NCBI GenBank assembly: GCA_963845085.1
Contig: CAWJQI010000004.1
Coordinates: 352,001 to 416,000, forward strand
DNA: 64,000 nucleotides
From: Candidatus Fermentibacterota bacterium
GTDB taxonomy: Bacteria > Fermentibacterota > Fermentibacteria > Fermentibacterales > JCC-6
Reading direction: 5' to 3'
Shown: positions 18,121 to 29,544 of the stretch, one piece after another
Layout: the number at the start of each line of letters is the position of its first letter
How positions within the stretch are numbered: position 1 is the first letter of the stretch
Translations under genes and position numbers: made by a program
Notes under the pieces: generated by a model
Databases searched by the model: none
What the model was told of the DNA's origin: nothing
Seen by the model: only the letters and a program-made list of their open reading frames with translations

Positions 18121-19926
18121 CTAGAGCAGGTAGTTGAAGTTCATGGAGGCGCTCCAGTAACTTGGCACGTCCGTGGTGCGGATGGACCTTGTCATGTTTG
18201 CGGACAGCACTCCGCCCAGAATCCTTATCGAGTTTCTGATGCCGATGTGATGGATGTGCTCGTCGGTGCTGGTGCCCTGGTCAAGCCTGTTGCTCCACGA
18301 ATACTCCCAGCCGTAGCTGGGCGTTATGCCGACGTTGTCCGACACATGGAAACCCATGTTGAACGTGAGGCGGGAGTTCACGGTCTCGGTGGTTCTGGCG
18401 AAAAGCCTGTTCTCGTATCGGCCCTGGTCACGGAACATGAAGGTGTGGCTGATGCCGAGAACCGTGCTGTCGCTGCTCACCCTGTTGAAGGTGAAAAACG
18501 ATTCCAGCCTGCGGCTCAGACGGTTGCCCTGGCTTGAATACTGCGGGAAGAAGTATGTGGTGTAGTCTGCGCTGAGCTTCACGGAGTGGTCGACATTCCA
18601 TCCCCGTCCAACGTTGCATTCGTACCCGGGACGGACGCTGTAAGTGGAGCTGCGCCTGTTTTCGCCGGACATGGACGCCATGAGGAAGATCGTCTCGCGA
18701 CGCTGCCCCTGCATCTCGCCCTTCAGGGTGAACCAGTCGGAGAGCGGGATCCTCGCCGAAATGCCAAGAAGCTCCCGGAGCTCATCATTGTCGGTATCGT
18801 CTTCGTAAGTGTTTCCGAAGCTGTCCTCCCAGGTCCCGGAGGTGTCGGTCCGGTAAAGGTCGACCAGCCTGTGGAAGGTGATGCTGCTCTCCCCCGGTGT
18901 GTAGATGAGCCTGAAGGAGAGAAGCCTGTCGTCAGTTGTTTTCGAAATGTCGAACAGATCGGGCATGCCCGCAATCTGGCGCTTGGAGTCTTCTAGGTTG
19001 AGCGTGCGGGAGATATTGATGTCGAGGTCGATCTCTTCCAGCATCTCCCATACGATCGTGCAGCCTATCTGACGCCCGTTGGTCGAATTGTCGCCGGGAT
19101 TGCCTTCGATCGTGGTGTCGGGGTCGAATTCGGTGTTGATCCTGTCCTCAAAGGACCAGGCACCGCTCATCTCCATGAAGATTCCGGGGATTATCTCGGG
19201 CAGGACGAGGCTTTCAGAATGCCTCCAGCTCTCCCCCCGTCTCGAAAGCTCGGTCTCGTAGTTCGTGTTGAAATTCCTGTCGGCGCCCACCTCTGCGTTG
19301 AAGCTGCCGCCCATCCAGGAATCGGGGAAATTGTAGCCCATCCTTGCGGAGATGTTGTCACGCCCGGTGTCCACCAGGCTGCCGTACGCCCTGCCCTCGG
19401 TAACGCTCAGGCTTGCGCTCAGGATGTTGAACAACCGCCTCGTGAGGGTTGCACTGACATCCTGGAGCGAACCGTCGTTCACCTTGGGAGCAAGTGAATC
19501 GCGGTACATCGTACTCGATGAGAAAAGTCCCGCCTGCATGTCAAGAGAGAGCCATTCCGCAGGGCTGAACCTGATCTGGCCCGTACTGCTGTCGTTTATC
19601 TGGTCCTGCTCCATCGATCCCGCTTTGTCCCACAGGTCGATCGACCGGGCGAAACTGGTGGATATCTCCATCCCCGGCCTGGGCTTCCAGCTCAGCCACG
19701 CCCTGCCGCTCCTGCCGTCGGTGAACCTTTGAAGGGCGAGGCTTCTCGATGCGATGAAGGTTGCGCTTCCGTTGATGCTCAGGTTGCGGGAAAAATCCTG
19801 GGAAAAGGTGAGGGAATTCGTCAGGTTGCTGGTGTTCTTGTACTGGTCGAGCCCGACGTTGTAGTTGGCGTTCCAGGCCGGAAGCATGCCGGCGCACAGG
19901 AACAGCAAGGGAAGGCTTCTTTTCAC
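18121..19926 (-). CDS. Hypothetical outer-membrane beta-barrel protein
   Basis: Signal peptide; Ser/Thr/Asn-rich amphipathic strands; terminal WSASMNFNYLL. Confidence 0.7.
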   Translation of the reverse strand: MKRSLPLLFLCAGMLPAWNANYNVGLDQYKNTSNLTNSLTFSQDFSRNLSINGSATFIASRSLALQRFTDGRSGRAWLSWKPRPGMEISTSFARSIDLWDKAGSMEQDQINDSSTGQIRFSPAEWLSLDMQAGLFSSSTMYRDSLAPKVNDGSLQDVSATLTRRLFNILSASLSVTEGRAYGSLVDTGRDNISARMGYNFPDSWMGGSFNAEVGADRNFNTNYETELSRRGESWRHSESLVLPEIIPGIFMEMSGAWSFEDRINTEFDPDTTIEGNPGDNSTNGRQIGCTIVWEMLEEIDLDINISRTLNLEDSKRQIAGMPDLFDISKTTDDRLLSFRLIYTPGESSITFHRLVDLYRTDTSGTWEDSFGNTYEDDTDNDELRELLGISARIPLSDWFTLKGEMQGQRRETIFLMASMSGENRRSSTYSVRPGYECNVGRGWNVDHSVKLSADYTTYFFPQYSSQGNRLSRRLESFFTFNRVSSDSTVLGISHTFMFRDQGRYENRLFARTTETVNSRLTFNMGFHVSDNVGITPSYGWEYSWSNRLDQGTSTDEHIHHIGIRNSIRILGGVLSANMTRSIRTTDVPSYWSASMNFNYLL

Positions 19927-20738
19927 GGACCCACCTCTTCCGCCATCGCAGCGAAGCTTTCCGGCGGAACCCTCTCCGCCCGAAGGTCGGGGCTCACCCC
20001 GGCGCTTTCAAGTATAGCCAATGCCCGCGTCTTTCCATAGGCCCGGGTCAGGTTATTTACGATCTTCTTCCGCCGGGAGGAGAAGGCGGCTTTTACAATC
20101 TCGACGAAGCGGGGGTAAAGCTCCGGGGCGAGGGGAGGGATCGGTTTCCTCTCAAGCAGAACCACGTGCGACTCCACCTCGGGACGCGGAAAGAACTCCC
20201 ACGGGTCCGCAGCGAACAGCATTGAAACCGTGAAGTGCGGCCAGACCGCGAGGGCCAGCCTTCCGTATTCCCTGCCTCCCGTAAGGCACTCAAGCCTTAT
20301 GGCGACCTCCCGCTGAAGCATCAGGACAGCCCTTGAAACCGAAAGGAAGCCCGGCTCGCAAAGGCGGATCACTGCCGGAGTGGAAATGCTGTACGGAAGG
20401 TTCGAGGCGACCGCAGCAAAAGGATGGCCGGGGAGCTCTTCCGGAACAGCCTTTAAAAAGTCATTCTGCACCACGTGCAATGCCGGATGCATCTCCCGCA
20501 GCCTTACGCTCATGGCCTGGGATATCTCCAGCGCGGTCACCCGAAGCCCCCTGTCCAGAAGAGCTTCGGTGAGGGCGCCGAGGCCCGGGCCGATCTCGAG
20601 GACGGGTCCCGCCGGGTCGCCCAGCGCCATGGCGATCCTTGCTGCCAGAAGGGGATTGACGAGGAAGTTCTGCCCGAGCCCCCTGTCCGGCACCACGCCA
20701 AGCTGTTTCAGTGTGTTCCTGGTCTCCGCGGTGTTCAT
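19923..20738 (-). CDS. rsmA: 16S rRNA m6,2A1518/1519 dimethyltransferase
   Basis: LGQNFL, EIGPGLGALT, NLPYSIS, MLQREVA, FFPRPEVES, RRK, RAE. Confidence 0.95.
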   Translation of the reverse strand: MNTAETRNTLKQLGVVPDRGLGQNFLVNPLLAARIAMALGDPAGPVLEIGPGLGALTEALLDRGLRVTALEISQAMSVRLREMHPALHVVQNDFLKAVPEELPGHPFAAVASNLPYSISTPAVIRLCEPGFLSVSRAVLMLQREVAIRLECLTGGREYGRLALAVWPHFTVSMLFAADPWEFFPRPEVESHVVLLERKPIPPLAPELYPRFVEIVKAAFSSRRKKIVNNLTRAYGKTRALAILESAGVSPDLRAERVPPESFAAMAEEVGP

Positions 20739-22113
20739 TCGGCGCCCCTGACATGGAGTGGGATTGAAAGCCGGGAGGCCATCGCCTTCACCCTGGGCAT
20801 GTCGGCCCCGGAACCGGCAACCGCAGTGAGCACCGCTTCGATCGAGAGCCTTCTGACAAGCCTGATGAACCCCATGAGGCTTTCCCAGCCGTCACGGCAT
20901 GTGCCGGGGCAGATCCTCTCGTATTCGGTCGGCGCCGGAAGCGTTTAGGCTGATGCTCACTCGGTCGAACTTCGATAGAAGGGTTTCAACGGCCTCGACC
21001 GTCATGTGATCGAGGCACAGCCCGTTGGTGTTGAGCCGGGTCACGGCACCCGACGCCTTTCGCCAGCCCGGAAGCCTCGAGGAGCAGGTCGGGCCTCATC
21101 GTGGGTTCTCCGTAACCACAGAAAACCACTTCGGAGAAACGCGAAGGGCCGGCTGCGGCAAGAGCTGTGAGAACCGCCTGCCTTGAAGGCTCCGAACGGT
21201 GTCTGAGATTGTAGCCGCCGATCCCGTCCACCTGCCGCCGAATGCAGAACACGCACGAGGCGTTGCACTTCCCGGTGATGTTCACGTAAAGGTTGCCCCC
21301 CATGGGGTAAACGAGGTGGGTCCTCCTGTTGGCGGGTGAAAGGAGAAATGCGTCGAGGGCGTTGTTCCACAGAATGTGAAGGGTTTCTCCGACCGACAGG
21401 TTCCATTCCCTGGCAATCCTCACCGCGGTGACCTGCGACAGCCCCGGTTCGTTCCTTTTTCCCCGGTGAGGTTCGGGGGGAAGGAAAGGGGCATCGGTTT
21501 CCACCAGCACCAGATCCCTTGGAATAAGACCAAGCGTGTGCGCGATGGCGCTTTTTTTGTATGTGAGTGCGCCGGTGATGCCGAAGCGGAACCCCCGCTT
21601 CACGGCCTCCCTCGTGGCAGTTTCGTCGCCGCACCAGCTGTGGAGGATCACCGGAACGGGGGGGGCATCGGGAAGGGCATCGAGAACGGCCTTCTCGGCG
21701 CCCCTGGAGTGAACCACAAGGGGAAGGCCGAGGTCGGACGAGAGCTTTACATGCTTTTGAAACCAGAGCATCTGGGTTTCCCTGGGGAACCGGTCCCTGT
21801 AATGATCAAGTCCGGTCTCGCCCACCGCTGCAGCCTGTGGAAGCAGGCAGAGACCGGAAATCTCTTCAAAGGCTTCCATGGTGGCTTCTTCGAGATGGTT
21901 GGGATGAAAGCCGGCTGCCGACCAGAGCCCGTACTCATGCGCGACTGCGCTTGACCGGGCGCTTGACCGCAAATCGATGGATGGGATCAGTATGCCCCTT
22001 ACACCGGCCAGGAAGGCCCGTTCCACAACCGCCCCGAGGTCTTCATCGAACTCGGGGAAATGAAGGTGGCAGTGGGTGTCGAAAAGCTCCCCCGGCCAAT
22101 GGGAACGGTTCAC
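20735..22113 (-). CDS. tatD: TatD-family nuclease fused to a radical SAM domain (two apparent frameshifts)
   Basis: DTHCHL, GETGLD, HSR, ETDAPFL; then LYVNIT-CNASCVFC, FCGYGEP; continues in shifted frames as RLNTNG...RVSISLNA and YERIC...PLHVRGAE* ending at the rsmA start. Confidence 0.85.
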
Positions 22114-22115
22114 CC

Positions 22116-23390
22116 TCAGATTTCCCGCCGGATCAGATGGCTGCGGTCAGGGCCTGTGGATATGGCCCTTATGGGCACGCCGGCAAGCTTTTCAAGGGTC
22201 TGCACGTAGTTTCTGGCGTTCCGGGGAAGGGACTCCCATCGGGTTTCCCCCCTGATGTCTTCCTTCCAGCCGGGCAGGGTCTCGTACACGGGGATGTGAC
22301 AGCCAAGCCTTGCCCCGGTCTCGAAAAGCGCAAGTTCCTGTTCGGGGTCAAGCTCGTAACGGGTGCAGACCGAAAGCTCGTCAAAACCCGAGAGAACGTC
22401 GAGAAGCGTAAGGGTTATCCAGTCGCAACCGTTGAGACGGCTCGAGTACCTGGCCAGAACGCCGTCAAGCCAGCCGCACCTTCTCGGACGACCCGTCGTG
22501 GTGCCGTATTCGTTGCCGGCCTTCCTGATCCGCTCTCCGATCTCGTTCTCCTGCTCGGTCGGGAAGGGGCCTTCACCGACCCTGCTGGAGTAGGCCTTCA
22601 GAATGCCCACCACCTCGCCGACCCGGTTCGGGCCGAAGCCGAGGCTGGTGCATGCAGCACCGCTTACGCACTGACCGCATGTGACGAACGGGTATGTGCC
22701 GTGGTCAGGGTCGAGAAGGGTTCCCTGCGCACCCTCGGCGATCACGGTGCCGTTCTGGTCGAGTATCCGGGAGATGGCGTAGGAAACATCGCCTGCATGC
22801 CGTGAGAGGGATAGCGCCGCCCTGATGAAGGATTCGGTTTCAACCTTCAGGGCTTCGGCGCCGGCGCCGTCGAGCCCGAACTCCCTGATGCACTCTTCTG
22901 CCTTTTCCCGAGACCTTGCCGTAAAGAGGTCAGGCAGGGAAATGTCTTCGAGGCGGATGCCCCGTCGACGGAATTTTTCAACGTAGGTCGGGCCGATGCC
23001 CCGGCCCGTAGTTCCGATCCTGCAGGCTCCGCCCCCCTCCGAGCGCGTTTCGGAGACCCTGGCGGCGGGATGCACAAGGTGAACCTTGCCGCTTATGAGA
23101 AGCCTGTCTCCGACGGATATGCCCGTTTCCTCGAGGTCGCCTATCTCCTTCAGGAGAGCCACGGGATCAACAACGCACCCTGCACCTATCATGCCGGCCA
23201 TTCCCTGCCGCAGAACACCGGAAGGCAACAGATGAAGTGCGTACCTTCCCGTTGGAGTTTCCACGGTGTGGCCTGCGTTCGCCCCGCCGGAGAACCTGGC
23301 GACAGCCGCCGCATCCACGGCAAGATGATCGACCATCTTGCCCTTCCCCTCGTCACCCCATTGGAGCCCAACAACTATTCTGACCGGCAT
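22116..23390 (-). CDS. purA: Adenylosuccinate synthetase
   Basis: QWGDEGKGK, GANAGHT, EGAQG, GTYPFVT, TTGRPRRCGW. Confidence 0.97.
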   Translation of the reverse strand: MPVRIVVGLQWGDEGKGKMVDHLAVDAAAVARFSGGANAGHTVETPTGRYALHLLPSGVLRQGMAGMIGAGCVVDPVALLKEIGDLEETGISVGDRLLISGKVHLVHPAARVSETRSEGGGACRIGTTGRGIGPTYVEKFRRRGIRLEDISLPDLFTARSREKAEECIREFGLDGAGAEALKVETESFIRAALSLSRHAGDVSYAISRILDQNGTVIAEGAQGTLLDPDHGTYPFVTCGQCVSGAACTSLGFGPNRVGEVVGILKAYSSRVGEGPFPTEQENEIGERIRKAGNEYGTTTGRPRRCGWLDGVLARYSSRLNGCDWITLTLLDVLSGFDELSVCTRYELDPEQELALFETGARLGCHIPVYETLPGWKEDIRGETRWESLPRNARNYVQTLEKLAGVPIRAISTGPDRSHLIRREI

Positions 23391-23398
23391 TTCTCCCC

Positions 23399-23968
23399 CT
23401 AATCCGCCGTGACCTGGACAAGCCAGCGAAGCAGTTCCTTAATTCCCGAACCGCGGACCGACGATACCGGAATTACCGGCCCCAGCTCCTCGGCCTTCCT
23501 TCGGGATTCGGAAAGCTTCGAGGCTCCGAGTTTGTCGCTTTTAGTCAAAGCCACGATGTATGGTTTGCCGCTGCCCCTGAGGAATTCGGCCATGCCCTGG
23601 TCGCTCTCCATCTCCGGGTGCCGGCTGTCCACGAGAAGGACGGTTCCTCTCAGAGGGCGTCTGCGCCCGAGATAATCCTCCATCCATTCAAGCCACTTTG
23701 ACCTCTCGCCGCCGGGCGCTTTTGCATATCCGTATCCTGGAAGGTCTGCGACATAGTAGCCGCGGTTGGTGGTATAAATGTTGATGAAGCGGGTGCAGCC
23801 CGGTGAGGAGCTTGTGCGTGCAACCTGGACGCCCCCGGCAAGGCAGTTTATGAGGGACGACTTCCCCACATTCGAGCGGCCTGTGAACGCGACTTCGGGA
23901 AGGCCGTCCTCCGGAAGACCGATCCCTCCCGGGCAGCTTTTTAAAAAGCCAAGTTCCAAACCGGGCAA
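23399..23968 (-). CDS. engB: Ribosome biogenesis GTPase YihA/EngB
   Basis: GRSNVGKSSLIN, DLPGYGYA, TKSDK. Confidence 0.95.
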   Translation of the reverse strand: MPGLELGFLKSCPGGIGLPEDGLPEVAFTGRSNVGKSSLINCLAGGVQVARTSSSPGCTRFINIYTTNRGYYVADLPGYGYAKAPGGERSKWLEWMEDYLGRRRPLRGTVLLVDSRHPEMESDQGMAEFLRGSGKPYIVALTKSDKLGASKLSESRRKAEELGPVIPVSSVRGSGIKELLRWLVQVTAD

Positions 23969-23969
23969 A

Positions 23970-25214
23970 TCAGACCGCTTTTCTTCCCCTCCGGGACATG
24001 ATGCGGGGCTTCTTGGACCCGGTGACGCAGTCTTCGGTCACCAGAAGAGTCCCTGTTTTTTCCTTCGCATCGGGAATGGTGTACATGGGTTCGAGAAGTA
24101 CCCGTTCGAGAATGGTGCGAAGCCCCCTGGCGCCGCTCTTTGTCTTCCTGGCCTCGAACGCGATCGCCCGGAGGGCGTCGGGGGTGACCTCGAGCGACAG
24201 CCCCTCGAGATTGAAGAGGTACGAATACTGCTTCATGAGGGCGTTCTTCGGCTCGGTCAGCACCCTGACGAGGGCATCCTCGTCGAGATCCTCGAGGGTG
24301 ACCACCACCGGAAGCCTTCCCACGAGCTCGGGGATGATCCCGTAGCGGACCAGATCGTGAGCCTCCACCTGTTCGAGCATGGAGGTTTCCTGCTCCCCGC
24401 CCTTGATGTCGGCGCCGAATCCCATCACACCGCGGCTGAGCCTCGACTCGATGATCCTGTCAAGTCCGTGGAAGGCGCCGCCGCATATGAACAGAATGCC
24501 CGAAGTATCGATGTAGATGTTTTCCTGGTAGGGGTGTTTCCTTCCCCCCTGGGGCGGAACTCCCGCAACGGTCCCCTCGACGATCTTCAGGAGCGCCTGC
24601 TGAACGCCCTCGCCGGATACGTCCCGCGTGATGGAAGGGTTCTCGGACTTGCGTGAGATCTTGTCCAGCTCGTCGATGTATATGATCCCGTGCTGGGCTT
24701 CCTCGACGTTCATGTCGGTGACCTGAAGCAGCCTCAGGAGGATGTTCTCCACATCCTCGCCGACATACCCGGCTTCTGTCAGGGTCGTTGCGTCGGCAAT
24801 TGCGAACGGAACCTCGAGTATGCGGGCAAGGGTGCGGGCGAGCAGGGTCTTGCCCACGCCGGTGGGTCCCAGAAGAAGGATGTTGCTCTTCTCGAGTTCA
24901 ATTTCGGTTTCGCCCTGCTGTTTGGCCAGAAGCTTCTTGTAGTGGTTGTAGACTGCCACGGAGAGTACCTTCTTCGCCTTCTCCTGGCCTACAACGTACT
25001 GGTCGAGCTGCTCCTTGATCTCTCTCGGAGAGGGAAGCCCCTTGTGGAACAGACCGGTCGCGGATTTGTCATCCGGCTTCCCCGGTGTCTCGGTGATGAT
25101 CTCGCTGCAGTACCTTACGCAGTCATCGCAGATGAAGACTCCCGGCCCCTGGATGAGCTGGTTCACTTCCCCCGATGCCCTGTTGCAGAAGGAACAGCGA
25201 TTCTCTTTGGGCAT
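23970..25214 (-). CDS. clpX: ATP-dependent Clp protease ATPase subunit
   Basis: CSFC...ICDDC zinc finger, [29 protein letters not shown] loop. Confidence 0.97.
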   Translation of the reverse strand: MPKENRCSFCNRASGEVNQLIQGPGVFICDDCVRYCSEIITETPGKPDDKSATGLFHKGLPSPREIKEQLDQYVVGQEKAKKVLSVAVYNHYKKLLAKQQGETEIELEKSNILLLGPTGVGKTLLARTLARILEVPFAIADATTLTEAGYVGEDVENILLRLLQVTDMNVEEAQHGIIYIDELDKISRKSENPSITRDVSGEGVQQALLKIVEGTVAGVPPQGGRKHPYQENIYIDTSGILFICGGAFHGLDRIIESRLSRGVMGFGADIKGGEQETSMLEQVEAHDLVRYGIIPELVGRLPVVVTLEDLDEDALVRVLTEPKNALMKQYSYLFNLEGLSLEVTPDALRAIAFEARKTKSGARGLRTILERVLLEPMYTIPDAKEKTGTLLVTEDCVTGSKKPRIMSRRGRKAV

Positions 25215-25215
25215 G

Positions 25216-25807
25216 CTACATCCTCTTGTTCAAAATGTTGTCTACTATGCCATATTCAACGGACTCGGCAGCATTCATCCAGAAGTTCCTGTCGGAGTCA
25301 CGGGCGATCCTGTCGATTGGCTGTCCCGTGCATTCGGCGAGTATGCCGTTCATCTCCTCCCTGATCTTCAGGATCTCGCGGGCCTCGATCTCGATGTCGC
25401 TGGCCTGGCCGCTCACACCGCCGCTGGGCTGGTGGATCATTATGCGGGCATGGGGGAGGATGTTCCTCTTGCCCTTCGCACCGGCCGCAAGAAGCACCGA
25501 AGCCATGCTGGCCGCACTCCCCATGCAGAAGGTCGCGATGTCGGGGCGGATGAAGCGCATCGTGTCGTATATCGCAAGCCCCGCGGAAACAGAGCCTCCG
25601 GGGCTGTGGATGTACATGTTGATGTCTTTCTTGGGGTCCTGACCCTCGAGGAACAACAGCTGCGCCACAACGAGCCCTGCGGCCTGGTGGCGTGATCACG
25701 TCGCCGATGAAAACGATGCGGTCCTTCAGCAAGCGCGAGTAGATGTCGTACGAGCGCTCGTAGTTACCGTCCCTCTCCACAACGAAGGGAATGACGGAAG
25801 ACATCAT
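25216..25807 (-). CDS. clpP: Clp protease proteolytic subunit (frameshift near 25690)
   Basis: [13 protein letters not shown] in one frame; AQLLFL, SPGGSV, AASMA, MIHQP in another. Confidence 0.93.
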
Positions 25808-27039
25808 GAATCCTCCCTGCCGGCCTGTTCTTCAACCGCAACCCATCTCCATGAGGGCTCATCCTGTTTATCCGATGATTCCGTACGAGGTTCCGCGACG
25901 GTCTCGACCGCCTTTTCAAGAACCAGCTCAAGCGCCTTCTCGTTGCGAAGCCGGTCAAGGGCGGCGGACATCGAACCACCCTTTGCGGCGGCGGCGAGTT
26001 CCTCCTGCGGAATCTCGATTCCCTCATGGATGGCGATCTGCCTGAGTATCAGGAATTCCCTTACCTTCCGCTCCGCCAGCTCTCTGAGCGTCTTTTCGGT
26101 TTCAGGTGTCGACTCCTCGTCCTCCAGCCGCTTCATGTAGTCCTTCGCAAGGTTCTCGACCATGAATGACGGGACCTGGAAAACGTTGGATGACAGAAGG
26201 CTGTCTATCGCGGACGACTCGATGAACGAACGCCGCTCGGCGCCGTGCTTCTCCGCGATGTTCTCGCGAAGCTTGTCGCGAAGCTGCTGCATGCTCTCAA
26301 AGCCCCCCGCCGACCTTGCGAACTCGTCGTTGAGCTCGGGACGCCTGGGCTCCCGCACTTCGAGAACCTTGAAGGTTGTGGGTGCAGGAAGCTCTTCGAT
26401 CCCCGGAAACTCCATCCTGGCCGTCAGCGAATCTCCGACGGACAGACCCGGGAGAAGCTCGTCAAAGCCGGGGCCCATGTTCTCGCGTCCGATGACGACC
26501 GCAGCCCGCCTGGATTCACCCGAATCGCGCGATGGGTATTCGAGCATCAGAAGGTCGCCGTCCTGGGCCGAACGCTCGACCGGCTCGAATGAGACGAAGC
26601 GGTCACGGATCTCTTCAAGGGCTTCCCCGAGGGCTTTTTCCTCGTCGAACCCCGGAACGGCGATCTGGATGCCGGTGTAACCTGCGGGTTCGGGGGTTTC
26701 AAAAAGGGTGTAGGTGACAGAGTATTCGTAGTCCCTGCCCTCTGCGGGGAGGATCGGTTTGAACTCGGGTTCGGTGTCGGACAGGACCCAGTCGTTCTCT
26801 TCGAAGAGCACGTCGGACATCTCGTGGTGCGCCTTCTCGGCGACCTCGGAAAGTATCAGGTTCCCGAACTTCTGGCGGAGGATGGAGGATGGTATCTTGC
26901 CTTTCCTGAAGCCCGGAACGGTGATGTCCTTCTGGATCTCACGCCTGACCTCGCGAAAGATCCTGTCCACCCCTTCGGCATCCATGTGAAAGAAGACAGT
27001 TTTCCTGCCGGACTCATCCGTTGTGATTTTGTACGCCAT
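25804..27039 (-). CDS. tig: Trigger factor
   Basis: [10 protein letters not shown] signature; upstream of clpP-clpX. Confidence 0.93.
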   Translation of the reverse strand: MAYKITTDESGRKTVFFHMDAEGVDRIFREVRREIQKDITVPGFRKGKIPSSILRQKFGNLILSEVAEKAHHEMSDVLFEENDWVLSDTEPEFKPILPAEGRDYEYSVTYTLFETPEPAGYTGIQIAVPGFDEEKALGEALEEIRDRFVSFEPVERSAQDGDLLMLEYPSRDSGESRRAAVVIGRENMGPGFDELLPGLSVGDSLTARMEFPGIEELPAPTTFKVLEVREPRRPELNDEFARSAGGFESMQQLRDKLRENIAEKHGAERRSFIESSAIDSLLSSNVFQVPSFMVENLAKDYMKRLEDEESTPETEKTLRELAERKVREFLILRQIAIHEGIEIPQEELAAAAKGGSMSAALDRLRNEKALELVLEKAVETVAEPRTESSDKQDEPSWRWVAVEEQAGREDS

Positions 27040-27144
27040 TTGATTTCCACTCTTGGGTGTTGCGTTCAATGACCGCAGCTGCCCGGGCAAACCCGGGCAG
27101 CTCATGTTCAGACCGTAAAATATGTCAGATTCGGGCGACCGCCG

Positions 27145-27815
27145 CTACCTGCCGGTCCGCTGGCGGATCAGCTCGGCTTCATCGCTCCGGGGGTATTCCT
27201 CGAGAATCACCGCTTCAAGCCTGTCCCGCTCTGCGGAGGCGGTATGCAGGGCGTAGATGGCTGCCGCCCTCGAGAGCGCGGAGGCGGCCCTGTCTCCCGC
27301 CGGGTACATGTAGTAGACGGCGACAAGCTCCTCGATGGCCCTGTGCGGCTGGCCGAGCGCCTGGTTGCACAATGCGGCGTAGTAAAGCGCATCGTCGGCC
27401 AGCGAGCTTCCGGGGTGTTCCAGAAAGACCTGTCTGAAGCCTGCGGCCGCCAGGGCGTAGCTTCCCTGCTGGTACTGCCTGAAGGCATCATCGTATACAG
27501 GCTGTGCATCCCCCGCATCGCCCTGCTGCCCGACGCCTGGCTGGGAGGCCCTCGCCAGGAGCGTCTCGAGTTCCCTGACAAGCTCGGTCAGCTGTTCCGT
27601 CGTACCATCGGCGCGCATCCCGGACTGGGCCTGAATGCTCCTGAGAAGGTGCTGGTTGGCCTCGACAAGGGTTGCGATCGAGTCGACATCGGTCCTGAGT
27701 TCCTCCTGCGAAACAGAAAGCGTTTCGATCCGCCCGGAGCCTTGGACCATGTGGCAAGCCAGCACCCGCAGAACAACGGAACGAGAAAGGCCGCGTAGAG
27801 CGCCCCCTTCCTCAT
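27145..27815 (-). CDS. cpoB: Tol-Pal TPR protein CpoB/YbgF (frameshift near 27733)
   Basis: Lipoprotein-like signal MRKGALYAAFLVPLFCGC in one frame; coiled coil and TPR (HPGSSLADDALYY, YPRSDEA) in another; follows pal. Confidence 0.8.
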
Positions 27816-27820
27816 GGCGT

Positions 27821-28327
27821 TCACTCCGGAAGAACCCGCAGATGAACCCTGCGGTTCTGGGAGAAGGCGAATTCGTCAGTGCCGGTCACAAAGGGTCTTT
27901 CCTTGCCGTAGCTGACCGTTGAAAGCCTTGAGGCCGGAATGCCGTAGTTGACAAGGTAATCGTAGACGGACTGTGCCCTTCTCTCGCCGAGGGCGAGGTT
28001 GTAGTCAACGGTTCCGCGTTCGTCGCAATGGCCTTCGAGAAGGACCCTGAACCCTGTGTTGCTCATGAGGTAGCCGGCGTCGAACATGAGGGCTTCGAGG
28101 GCTGCGCTGCTGAGTTCATTCGAGTCGTACTCGAAGAACACATCGCGGACTGACTCCTGGTGGCGGGCAAGTGCGGCGTTGAGCACGGCAATGGGATCTT
28201 CCTCCCACACGCCGACCTCAAGGGTGTCGGTATCGATGACGTCTTCCTCGATGACCGTCGTCCTTCCGCAGCCCGCGGCCAGGATCGCGAGGATGGCAAC
28301 CGCAAAAAGCATTGCCTGTTTTTTCAT
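27821..28327 (-). CDS. pal: Peptidoglycan-associated lipoprotein
   Basis: LAAGC lipobox; EGHCDERGTVDYNLALGERRA, SYGKERP, QNRR. Confidence 0.95.
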   Translation of the reverse strand: MKKQAMLFAVAILAILAAGCGRTTVIEEDVIDTDTLEVGVWEEDPIAVLNAALARHQESVRDVFFEYDSNELSSAALEALMFDAGYLMSNTGFRVLLEGHCDERGTVDYNLALGERRAQSVYDYLVNYGIPASRLSTVSYGKERPFVTGTDEFAFSQNRRVHLRVLPE

Positions 28328-28340
28328 GTTCCATTTCCTT

Positions 28341-29519
28341 TCACTGAAGCACCGGCGACCAGGCCGGGCAGTAGCTCTCTCCACCCGTGGAGAGGCGGTG
28401 AACCGTCAAACCGTTCAATTCCATGATGTAGATGCTGCGCACACCGTCCATGTCGCTCGAGAAGGCGAGATGGCGTCCTGTCGGGGACCAGACAGGGTCC
28501 TCGTTCATCGAACCGCGGGAAGTAACCTGCCTGATCTCCGTCCCGTCGGAGTTCATGACGAAGATGTGAAAACCGCTGCCCGAGCTGGCGCAGTACGCTA
28601 TCCTGTCGCCCTGCGGCGACCATGCCGGGCTGTCGCAGTAACCGTGGGAAAAACCCGCCCGCTCTGCGCTGCCACCCGATGAACTCATCCAGTAGAGCTG
28701 AGGGTAGCCGACCCTGTCGCTCGTGAAGATCAGTTGAAGACCGTTTGGGGAAAAGCTCGCCGAGGTCTCGATGCTCGACCTTGCCGTGAGGCGGACCGGG
28801 CTTCCCCCGGAAATGCTCTGGAGCCAGATATCGCTCGACCCCTCTTCCGACCGAGTATATGCGAGGCGGCTGCCGTCGGGGCTCCAGGCGGGCGCCGTGT
28901 TCACACCCCCGGAAATGATGCGGGATGCCGAGCCGGAGGCGAAGGAATAGGTGTAGATGTCACCCGTGCCGGCCCTGTAGGAAGTGAAGGCAATGCGGTC
29001 GCCCAGGGGGCTCCAGGCGGGTGTCGTGATAACCTGGGTGTCGCGCATGAGAGAGGTGGATGAACGGGGATCGATGGTTTTGACGACCAGCTTCCACTCC
29101 TCGGCGTTGCGTACGATGTAGGCTATGCGCGTCGAGGCTATGCCCTGTTCGCCAGTGAGGACGAAGACCAGGTCATCGGACAGGTTGTGCACCATGTCGT
29201 AAAGCGATGCGCCCTGGTATTCCTTGACAAGTACCCCCTCGCCGTCGGCCTCGGCCCGTGCCGAGATATTCCAGCTTCCATCCCTGCCCGAGACCCTGAC
29301 CGACAGCTTTGCGAATGCCTCGTTTTCGGGAGCGGTTATCAGAAGCCCCGAAAAGTCGATGTCGAACACAAGCTGATCATGGACTGTTGCGGCCTCGCTG
29401 CCGGAACCTTCGACGCGGATGCTCACGGGAAGGCACTGGGCGCCTATCGGGGTCATGGGAAGGAAATCGCCTGCCAGAAGGCAGACCGGCAACGCCAAAA
29501 CCAGGGATAAAAGTCTCAA
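28341..29519 (-). CDS. tolB: TolB beta-propeller (PD40 repeats)
   Basis: LTGEQGIASTRIAY; repeated PAWSPDG-type motifs. Confidence 0.9.
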   Translation of the reverse strand: MRLLSLVLALPVCLLAGDFLPMTPIGAQCLPVSIRVEGSGSEAATVHDQLVFDIDFSGLLITAPENEAFAKLSVRVSGRDGSWNISARAEADGEGVLVKEYQGASLYDMVHNLSDDLVFVLTGEQGIASTRIAYIVRNAEEWKLVVKTIDPRSSTSLMRDTQVITTPAWSPLGDRIAFTSYRAGTGDIYTYSFASGSASRIISGGVNTAPAWSPDGSRLAYTRSEEGSSDIWLQSISGGSPVRLTARSSIETSASFSPNGLQLIFTSDRVGYPQLYWMSSSGGSAERAGFSHGYCDSPAWSPQGDRIAYCASSGSGFHIFVMNSDGTEIRQVTSRGSMNEDPVWSPTGRHLAFSSDMDGVRSIYIMELNGLTVHRLSTGGESYCPAWSPVLQ

Positions 29520-29544
29520 AGGTTTCTCCCCTCAGGGTTCCGTT

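Noticed and set aside
25680..25700. Programmed frameshifting in clpP (and fusA)
   Set aside because: No slippery heptamer or stimulatory structure; many similar indels across unrelated genes favour sequencing error.
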